Assembly: GCA_000182565.2 (NCBI GenBank)
Contig: KQ257461.1
Length of the DNA stretch: 64,000 bases
Reading direction: 5' to 3' (one strand)
Source: Spizellomyces punctatus DAOM BR117
Lineage: Eukaryota
Shown: piece after piece, positions 40,842 to 50,649 of the stretch
Layout of the letters: each line of letters begins with the position of its first letter
How positions within the stretch are numbered: position 1 is the stretch's first letter
Notes under the pieces: model-generated
The model's input: the letters and a program-made list of their open reading frames with translations, nothing else
Databases searched by the model: none
What the model was told of the DNA's origin: nothing
Program-made: the position numbers and the translations under genes

Positions 40842-42338
40842 ATGGATCTCTCGTACTTGGAGGCAAGTGTTGTCCTTAGCGCAAGTGGAACCGACACATG
40901 TTTCGCGGCCTAAACTCGCTACAACGATACATTCCGACTTGTTTACCGACATGGACACAGGAGTACTTGGACAGTATGTGTGTGCTTGTGCAAGATTTCT
41001 TGTTATTTGGAACTTTAAGGTTTGACATTGGTCTCTCAGTCGTCGAGGATTTGTCGTTTGAGGCTGGACGTGGGTTGAGCAAGGTATGCATGCGGGCATT
41101 CGTTGGGGCATAGGTCTATTTCTGATAACGACGTTAATTTTTGGAACGTTTAGTTGAAGGAGGTTGATCGACCATGTACAGGTTTGTTCGTGCCATTCCA
41201 CACTGGTGAGGGAACTTATCCATGAACTCATTTGAACGCAGATCAAAGAAAAACTCTCACAAGCGAGATGACGGATCTCCTAACAAACCTGCCTACACTA
41301 CCCCATCAAGAACTTGTTTCCAAAATGCGGTATCTGACCACCCTCATGAGCGAACTACGTTCGCTAGTTGAGGAGCGTGTATTGTGTGCCATCGAGGTTG
41401 GGGACGAGGTTGAAGAACGGGTGAGGAGGTTAGAGGGTGTTTGTGAGGAGATGGGTGTTGGTATGTTCGTTTCATGGCTTTGCTTTCAAGATCTGTTTGT
41501 GTTGACTTTGACATTTTTCTTGGTATGGACAAGAGCCGGTTTTGGATAATAACAAGACCTACAAGTGTCCGTACGGTACGCCCACTCAGAGGCAGTTTAC
41601 ACCGTCTGCCATACATCGTGTACCAAAGCGAGATGGTCAACTCAAGCGATTGTTTGGTCCACCACGATCTCATCCCGATGAGGAAGTGTCATTAGGGCAG
41701 CCGCCGTGTCAGCGGATACCACCCAAATTCGTACCACACGACACTGTCCTGGAGGAGAAAAAGGAGGCTGCACGCGCTGCTGAACGGTGTGAACAGGAAG
41801 GGAAGGTCCCGACACGACCTAGGCGAACTGGATCTGGAACTGCCGTATCTGGGGAGGGTGAAGTGCGGGTTACAGCGAGTCCCGTCAAGGTAAAAGAAAA
41901 GGATCGAGACAAGAAGAGGGTGAACGGCGGTGAGGCGCCCATGGGAAAGCGGGTCAAAATAAAGAGGTATGTTACTAGGTTGTATGCTGCGATATCGTAT
42001 GTCAATGTATGGTTGCCCTTAACCCCGAGATCAACAGATCCAAGCCGAGCGTATACTGCTTTTGTAAAGAAGATATCGGACCTGAGGCTCCCATGATTGG
42101 TATGGCCTCTTGTGATTGCACGGAAGACATGATACACTTTACTGACAGATCGTACACATATAGAATGCTCTACAGGATCGGTAGGAAACCATCACCGCTT
42201 CCTTTTTTTTTGGACCAACTTTGTTCATCTTTTTGATGTTAGGCATGTCCAGCGGGTCACTGGTTCCATTTTATATGTGTGGACGTTACCAAGGCCCCTC
42301 GAGGGAAATGGTGGTGTCCTGGATGTCGGGATCGGTGA
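40842..42338 (+). CDS. ING-family (Yng/Pho23-like) chromatin protein with C-terminal PHD finger
   Basis: N-terminus [31 protein letters not shown] (ING N-domain). C-terminus [53 protein letters not shown]. Confidence 0.8.
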
Positions 42339-42483
42339 CGCTTGGCTTTGATGGGAAATTTGATTGCGATGGGGCCATTTTTATTTCACACCTTTTCGCA
42401 GACAATGCAAAATTAATCTAAGCATTCAAAGCAATTTACAGAAAGGTGTTACGGCTTGTAAACGAAGGGATTGGTTACGTTTT

Positions 42484-44830
42484 TTACTCTTTAATGCATC
42501 TACCAATCTCCATCCAGTAATCTTCCAGCTCTTGGTCCAGTTTGAATTTGACTTGTTTTCTGGTTAGTTTTTTGGACGTCCGTGTTGTGGTGCACGGTTC
42601 CCTCAAATCTTCAAGCATCCCTGTAGCTTGTTTACCATGGACAACGTCCTGAGGGTATCTTAGAATCGTGAGTTTTGCAATGTGCCATTTTATTAGTCTG
42701 GTAGCTATGGTTTTTGTCTTACCGGGTAGGGATAAGGGGCATATTGTCTTTGTAGAGGACTATATTCAGTGAAGTAGTCGCTGCCATGTACGTGAATGGG
42801 ACAGTCGGAGTGGCCAGGAATACGAACCGCCGGCTTACCTTGGTTTTCGATGAGCTCGCATGTCCCAGCTTTCAAGTGGATGGTAATGTCGTATATGTGG
42901 GTTCACGTAGATTTTCGACGGACGGTAATGCCGATCATCCACAATCTCAGGGCGTCGAGGTGGACGGTAATATTGCATATCCGAATCGGTCATCCGTCTA
43001 TTCATAAAATGAGAAATGAGGGAATGGAAACCTTACGTACTTGATTTCTTCAGGTTACCTCTTGTGCCCATTTTTCCTTCCCGGCCGACGGTGTCGATGA
43101 TGATGGCTGCCAATCAATAACAATGGCGACGTAAGCAAGACATCATCAAGACAAGAGAATACGTTTACCTTTCATCATCCTTTGCCTTTCTTTGCTCTGG
43201 ATGTGGTTGACTGTTCATAAGGGAAAGTGGTCAGATGGCCATTATCGTAAATTGCCAAAACATTGCAAATATTACAAGTTATTTCCTTTTCGATGGAGGT
43301 CACCTGTTCCTATCGTATCTTTTTCAAGAGCTGGATGCGGGGTGTATGTGCTCTTTAGAAACATGTGTTAGTTGCAAGATACGATTTTGTCTCTACGTGA
43401 AATTTGGATCAGTGATCGGAAGATGAGACATTTTACCTTGTCGACAAAGGAAAGCCACTTGGATGTAATGGATTTTTGGCTGTTTTGTGAGGTGCCGACT
43501 GACGGGATTTTCGGGTAGATGTCCACGGTAGTGGAAGGAGGAGGAGCGCGGGTATGTGGGGAAGGCATGTCCGCTATGGCGGCAGGGTCGGAGGTCGTTG
43601 AAGGACAGGATGCGCTACTACCTGATGAGGATACGTCTAACAGGGTAGCACTGACGATCCGTCCTGTAACCAGAAAGACAAGCATCATAAAGTTGACGAG
43701 GTAAACACTCGATGAAAGCAAAACACCAAAAAGCTGGAAAAACGAACCGTCAACAGTTCGCCCATCTAAATTGCGCACAGCTCTCTGTGCATCCTCCAAA
43801 TGTCCAAACCCTACTGTAGCCGTTCTCGTGACGCAGCCAGAGGAGTCGGCGGCCAGCCGAACAGAATGGACTGGTGCATAGGAAGCAAAGTATGTCTGTC
43901 GGTTGGAACAAGACGGATCAACTTGTGAGATAGGTAAAATTCACGCAGAAGAATAGATGGAGGGTACTAGATACTTTCCTTTAAATCCTCTTGCGCAACG
44001 CGGATATCCAGCCCCTGTATTTGCATTAGAAAGCTACGATGCTCTTTCGAACGATGTTGAGACACAGTGGATGTAGGTGTGGGTGGAATATGAAGGGATT
44101 TGGGTTGCACCGGGTTCGGATCTTTGTGCTTGATCTATGAATTTGGGATGCTGAGTGGGGGTTTGGGTGAAGGTGGGAATCTGAATGCTTACCTCCGTTT
44201 TCTCTGGGCACTTTGGCCGTTCGCTCTAAACCGTTCAAGGATGGGATTACCCTTCATAGAGAATTATCAGGCAATCATGTTCCCATACCTTTCGACGCTC
44301 TTTCTCTCCAGCCGAGCATGCCAGGGATCCAATCGTATCCAACACGGGATTGGGTGCATGCATCCTACGGTGGACTCTATTCACTTCTGACGCTTCTGTC
44401 TACAAGTAAAAACAACCATGTACCGTTAACAAAGCACATAAGGGATTAGTGTCGAGCATTAAACACTTGATACCTTTTTACGGACAGTTTGGGAAGTAGA
44501 TTTAGGTATCCATATCATGTTATGCGCTAATTGAATCCTGCGAGAATAGGTAAGACTGTGAAGCATACCTTGGCCATTTTCCGTTTCTCGACGGAGGATT
44601 CCAAATCTGCACTATCATTTCCAAGACGCTGTCAAATAATAACAATGTTGGACACGTTCAACTTTAACAAACACGAACCGACCACTAACCTCTCTGCCTT
44701 CGTGCCCGAGCACCCTCTGTTCCTTTCGCCCACACTGCATTGAGGTCTCGAGAAGGCCTTTCGACCTTGCTTGGGGCGAAACCGTTTTGGGTCTGCTCCT
44801 TTTGGATGGGGTATGGGACCGTGGCGACAT
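42484..44830 (-). CDS. RRM protein with C-terminal LDxELxxY (UAP56-binding-motif-like) tail; start approximate
   Basis: RRM pieces QIQGLDIRVAQEDLK|..YFASYAPVHSVRL...ATVGFGHLEDAQRAVRNLDGRTVD|GRIVSATL. Last exon ends KFKLDQELEDYWMEIGRCIKE TAA. Confidence 0.6.
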
Positions 44831-46168
44831 GGTGGTTTTTTTGGGGAGACGATCAGCGAGATATCGGAAAAGGAAAAAGTTACTTGTGAATTAATAAAGT
44901 CTAGAACGGAGCAATGACAGGCTCCAAGGACAAAAGAAAAAAATAAGCTACCCCCCAACATCCACTGACAGATAACACGCGAATACCACTCACATGCTTG
45001 GCAGGCTTTCTCCCAATATCCTGTTACTGAAAGCTATGTCGTTTTATTTACATTTCCGCCTTCTTGCTGCTTAAATTCATTGCATCTTTTTTCTCATAAT
45101 GACGAACATTGTAGCTTACATTGGCATCCATTTATACATGAGATATCTTTGTTTCTACAGCAGTGGGCAGGTCCAACAAGGTTCTGAATGTTGATAAAAA
45201 CAGAGAAAGGTCGATAAGATCTATTATATTATCGACTTCCGCCTGAACGGGGAACCAACTCCCAACCAGATAGGTATGCAGGAATTTAAGGAGCCATGGA
45301 GGAAGGTCAGTAGGATTGCCAATGCATACCAGGCAGCTTATCGAATATGATGTCGTTGATGCCAAAGTGCAGGGCGCATTCAGCACTTTTATAACAATCC
45401 ATTTGCCATGCGGTACACATTTGTCATACTCAGGTTGAGTAGGTCTGCTCTGTTTTGCTTATATCAATGCTTTGAAAGATTGATGAACGATGTTTCGTGT
45501 CCCGGGTGATTCTGACATGAGTTTTAGGAGACACATCAAGCTCTTGTGCAATTTCGATAAGCACCAGCTATGTCCTTCCTGACGCTCGTCTAGATCATGC
45601 TGTCATTTCAGGTTGGACCTCGAAAATGATCTCAGAGGTCTCAACGTGCATATTACACATTTTTAGTTTATTGCCATTGCTGCATTTGTGAACACTCTTT
45701 TGGAACCTCCAGTGCCTATAGATATGCTTGGGACTATGGGGTAAGACGTCGGTTGGATGAAAAGAATTCTTATTAGAGTGCCAGAGAAAAACGAGCAGAT
45801 CACGGACACCCCCATATGAATGCACCTGTCGCGGGTATCTGATATTCGCACTTTTGAGCGGTGGAGCCCACGTACAAGTCCAAATCCGTGCCGAGCACAC
45901 CCTAAAAGACGTTCAGTTAGAAAAGAAAAGGCCCGATTACAGGTAGGCAATGGAGCAGATATTTTACAGAAATCAAAAGCTAGCAATGTGCAAACAAAGA
46001 TGCCGCCGAGAAACGAAAACTAGATACAAGAACAAATACAAAGCAAGCTCGCAGCCTCTTTCATGCAAGAATTATCCATAGGAGGTTTAGGGATAATAAT
46101 AAGGTTTTCCACAAAAGAGCTAGGTATATGCACGGCGCACAGCGACCATCCCACGTGGAGCATATGCT

Positions 46169-47457
46169 TCAAGGACTCTTCCAATAATAGCCAGACGAAT
46201 ATGCGTACATGTCATGCACCTCCTGGTTATCGCACCTTCTTGCCTCTGGAGTAATATACTGAAAGGGTCGAGGGGGAAACAAGACTGTCGTAGATGGCGT
46301 CGGTGTCGGAGGAGGAGGAGGGGATCCAAGTGGCCGTTTCCTTTTGATGTTACTTGCGCGTGTTTTATAGTTTTTGTGGCCGGATCTTTTTCTTGAGTGC
46401 GTCTTCTGATGCTGTATAACAAATTAATGATTTGAAAGAAAAATTCAGTAAAGCAAAGAAATCAGCTCACCGCCCGCATATTATCCTGCCTCGTAAACGC
46501 CATTCCACAGCCATCCATAGGACAGATATATGGTCTTAAATTCAAATGAATGCGATTGTGTCTGGACAAATGTCCGCTGGTGGAAAACGTCTTTTCACAG
46601 CCTTCCCAGGTGCAAGCGTAGCGCTTCTTGGCGAGGGAAGCCAATACTTCGTCCCGAGTCGTGGGGGATGACCGTACAGGTGTTTCGGTATCTTTAGAAT
46701 TTGAGCTTGAAGTTGAATTAGTGGGACTTGCAGACGCTATTGGTGCTGGTGGTGGTGATGAGCCTCTCATGTGAGGTGGAGAATCCGGATGCAATGGATA
46801 TTCTTCTATAAATTCCCTCTCCTCAGGGGCGTCTTCAGAAGGATCCGCAACCTGGTCCCGCGGGACTTCCCTAGGGAGATTTCCACTGTAGCGTATATGA
46901 GTCGTAGAATCCGAATGGACAGAGTACTGTCCAGAGCACTCTTTCTTTACTTGTTCGCCGGGAGTCGCTTCCTCGTACTCTCCAACAGGATATCTTCCAA
47001 AGTACTCATTTTGGATTCGTTCCCCCGAAACCGTAGGCGGCACCCCGCCCCATCCAACACCAAGTGTTCTTGCACTTGAATAGACCGGCCACACAAGACT
47101 CTCTTGATGATGCGTGTCCTGAAACGAGGCAGACGTTTGATTCACAAACCTCCACTCAACATCCGTTCTCTGCATAGGAGCAAAAGGATATCCAGATCTC
47201 GGGGCGGATAAAGGGGGTACTGCAAATGTCGTTGAAATAGTGGGCAGAGAGTGAGAGCGCTTCAAGAAGGATGAAGAAGGCGGCGGTGCCGGCGGAGGAT
47301 AAGCATAAACGTATGCTCGTGGAAGCATACTTCCTCCTGGCTGCTGTAGAAGCTGCTGTTGCTGCTGTTGCTGTGGTTGTTGTCGTTCATGACAGTATGC
47401 CTGTACGTGAGTCAATGTCCTCCTTCTTCCATCTTGCAATTCTTCCTGATGTTCCAT
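46169..47457 (-). CDS. Second Nrg1-like C2H2 zinc-finger transcription factor
   Basis: KKRYACTWEGCEKTFSTSGHLSRHNRIHLNLRPYICPMDGCGMAFTRQDNMRA|HQKTH. One intron, polyQ N-terminal region, TGA at 46171-46169. Confidence 0.88.
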
Positions 47458-48564
47458 CAATAATAACCGTTAAAAACAAAAAAAAGAGCAGTCTCTGCAA
47501 AAAACGGCCAGAACGAAATGCACGCGTAATCAGGTCAATGATGAATTTCCGATATAGATATATACATCACGTGAAATGGTAGCAGAGGCTTAAAAGGCTT
47601 TTTGAAGGAAAACATCGCAAGGAATCCATTTAACAAGAATAGGGAATTGGGGTAGAGATGGTCTTTGTGGAGGTGCAAAGAGTTTGGCAAAGGGTTGAGA
47701 TCTTTTGCTTGCTTGCTTATTTGGAGGTGCGTAGATGAAGCAGCAAGGCCATGCATCTACGCACACACGATCCTCGTTCTTGTCTTCATTTTGGGTCTTG
47801 ATCTTCCACAATAGTGACTATTGACACACTGGTGTGTTATTTTTCAGCGCATTAGTCTTACTCACATCTTTTGTGGGTGTTCATTGCGTATCTGTAAACA
47901 TGCATACATGCATATACATCTATACGGACACGCTTGGAGGTGGAAAGGAAAACGAGGTGATCGCAAGGATAACATAACCTGTGTCACTTGGATTACATAA
48001 TCATTCATCCCGACGTTTGACCAACATACTGCCAATGTGTCGATTCATTCACGTTCTAATATAAGCTTTCATGTGCAGCTCCCATGTCTGTGAGGCAGGA
48101 ACCCAAATTTGTTCTCTCTTTACATCATTGTCGACTTTGTCTCTTGGTTGACGAATAACGATGTAGGAAAAACAGTGCCTCCCCATATTTCCGCACTCTC
48201 AGTCAGCAAGAATATGCCGTGTTATTCCAGATTGTCTCACTTTTCCATGCCTGAGAGCATCGGTTCTTGAAGACTTTCCCTGCAGATGACACTGCTCCAT
48301 GTTTGGAAGAGGTTTGAATCTCCAAAGACCCCAATGATTCAAAGCAAGCGTGGTCAATTTTCTGGCAAGCATGTGAGATGCTTTCCTGTTTGATTACTGT
48401 CATGAGAAAGATTTGTTAGCAGAAGTTTCCAAAATTGTCATTATTCAGATCAAGTCACTGGCAATAAAGTACAGATACTATACGGAATTTATTCATAGAC
48501 AAAAGCAAATGTACAAAGATGCAAAAGCATTTTCTAGTCAGAGCTCCACTGCTCTACTACCTCC

Positions 48565-50277
48565 CTACTCATCAGTTTCTTTCCGGTGTATTTTGATAGC
48601 AACTTTATGCCAAGCATTCACGAGCACACCCCTCACATTCCATATCCCCTGCATACCCTCCGGTTGAGAATTATAGCTCTCGTCGATGGCTTTACACACA
48701 ATCTCCATTTTATCTCCCTTTTTTGGAACGGGGACGCGGGCTTCCCAGATTGTCCACGCCCATGATGCGGATGGAGACTGATTAGGGCGATGGAGGGTTG
48801 CATCTGTCCAGGTTCGGCCACCATCTCCAGAGACGTCCACGCGGACGATACCGCGTCCTCCGCCACTAACGGCGTACCCCGTCACAGGAACGACAGATGA
48901 CGAGGCATCCACCACCTCGTTCTTTGCTGGTGAGACAATTGCGCTCTGCACAGGCAGTTCTTGGATCGACGTTGCCTTTTCATAGTCTTCTTCTGACACA
49001 TTATTTTTCGACGGACTAAATCCCTTGTAATCCTTCCTCTGCCAATGTGATTCACTCTCTTCGTCGCTCAACGAAATCCTGTCTACCCATTTGACAGACC
49101 GCGCAGCAACGTGTCCAGGCACAACCACCCGCAACGGCGCCCCGTGATCAACCGGTAAGTCCTCCCCGTTCATCTCGTACGCTAAAATCACGTCTCCGGT
49201 CGCGGATACGGCTTTGTCAATCGGTATTGAGGCACCGTAACCCTCTGCTCCGTGAAATTGAACATGTTTGATTTCCTCAGAGGGTGCATATCCCATCTCT
49301 TTCAATACATCTCGTAGTCGAACACCACTCCATACTGCTGTACCGATGGCTCCTTGCTCCCACTGGAGGCCGTTAACAGGCTTGACCTCGTGCATCTCCT
49401 TGCGCCTGTTTCCGGCGCATTGAAGCGTCACTGCCACTGAAACCTTTTCAAACTTTTCTTTCAGATCCGGTAGACTAAGCGACAGTGATCCGCTGGGCCC
49501 GTCAACTGTGAGCCGGTACGCACCACTCTTGATGTCAGGTACAGGTAAATGGTTCCGTACAAAGAATTTTGGATTAGGGGTCGTTTGCTGGTCGAGTGCC
49601 GTGATTGGGGTTTCGGCATTACATGGAAACTCGGATCTCACCACCAACGCTGGATCCCTCACCGGCTCATTCGCAAACAACCCCTTCAATGCTTCCCCGT
49701 CATCTGTCACTTCCTGCCCGGGTACGTCTCTCAAATCTCCAATTCGGAACTGTTCCAGTAACTCTCGAGTCTCTTTTGTCTTGTGAATAGCAAAGACCGC
49801 CCAAAAAGGGTCAATGGAGCGGCCGGCTGCCATGAGGATCTTATCACCTCCAGGATGGACGGCTACAAACTCTGTAATGTCGTATACGCCTTGTTCGTGT
49901 ATCACCCATATACCAGTTTCTTTTGATGTATGTTGAGACACTTGCTCTCTTGTGTACACTCGTCGTTCTTTGCGGCCAAGATTTCTATCATCGGTATCTA
50001 CCTGATGTGGCTCATGAACCAATGGAAACCCCACCATTCGATCCATATCTCGCCTGAGAACAAGTGGTCCATCGGAATAGAGACTAGGGGCGTACCATAC
50101 GCCCAAAGCGCTCGCTACACCGATTCCAAGGAAGAGAGGGGCATTAGACCCAGGAACGTTCTTCCACGGGCCTGTTGAGAAAGGTTTGATTGGCACGCCA
50201 GGTCCTCCACCTCCTGCCCCTCTCCGAACACCCTCCAATGCACACTTGAGCGCCCGTCTTGTATATCGTAAAAGCAT
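48565..50277 (-). CDS. SUOX: Mitochondrial sulfite oxidase (presequence/TM, cytochrome b5, Moco and dimerisation domains), intronless
   Basis: b5 motif VYDITEFVAVHPGG. Moco motifs FFVRNHLPVP, LQCAGNRR and DHGAPLRVVVPGHVAARSVKW. Dimer domain SGGGRGIVRVDVS..WAWTIW..IWNVRGVLVNAWH. Confidence 0.95.
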   Translation of the reverse strand: MLLRYTRRALKCALEGVRRGAGGGGPGVPIKPFSTGPWKNVPGSNAPLFLGIGVASALGVWYAPSLYSDGPLVLRRDMDRMVGFPLVHEPHQVDTDDRNLGRKERRVYTREQVSQHTSKETGIWVIHEQGVYDITEFVAVHPGGDKILMAAGRSIDPFWAVFAIHKTKETRELLEQFRIGDLRDVPGQEVTDDGEALKGLFANEPVRDPALVVRSEFPCNAETPITALDQQTTPNPKFFVRNHLPVPDIKSGAYRLTVDGPSGSLSLSLPDLKEKFEKVSVAVTLQCAGNRRKEMHEVKPVNGLQWEQGAIGTAVWSGVRLRDVLKEMGYAPSEEIKHVQFHGAEGYGASIPIDKAVSATGDVILAYEMNGEDLPVDHGAPLRVVVPGHVAARSVKWVDRISLSDEESESHWQRKDYKGFSPSKNNVSEEDYEKATSIQELPVQSAIVSPAKNEVVDASSSVVPVTGYAVSGGGRGIVRVDVSGDGGRTWTDATLHRPNQSPSASWAWTIWEARVPVPKKGDKMEIVCKAIDESYNSQPEGMQGIWNVRGVLVNAWHKVAIKIHRKETDE

Positions 50278-50366
50278 GTCGAAAAGGTCTGCTAAAATCC
50301 AAGCTACGAAGCCTCAGAACCTGGCCTTTTTATCAAAAACCCAGCTGACCAAACATCACGCACTCA

Positions 50367-50441
50367 TGTGGGGTAATTGTGGGGTAAGACGCATTCTGAT
50401 TGGACGCCCCGATGTGGGGTAATGCTTAGTTAAATCACGTG
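50367..50441. promoter_or_regulatory. Three identical TGTGGGGTAA motifs plus TCACGTG upstream of sulfite oxidase
   Basis: TGTGGGGTAA at 50367-50376, 50378-50387 and 50413-50422; CACGTG at 50436-50441. Confidence 0.55.
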
Positions 50442-50649
50442 TGCGCAAAAAGTATGACGTGGCCGATAACTGCGCGAACAGGTTCAATTGAAGACGATGT
50501 TTAACATTACATGAGAATAATGATATATTTCAAGAATGTAAAAATGCTCAAAAAGCAAAAATGTCTGTACAAAAAAAAAAGTACACCCCATCTCCAATCC
50601 AAAAAAGAAAAATACAAAAATAAGATACAATAAACGACCGAAAAACACT

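Noticed and set aside
44900-46100. Short ORFs between the RRM gene and the second C2H2 gene
   Set aside because: No domain, codon bias or coherent exon structure could be supported.
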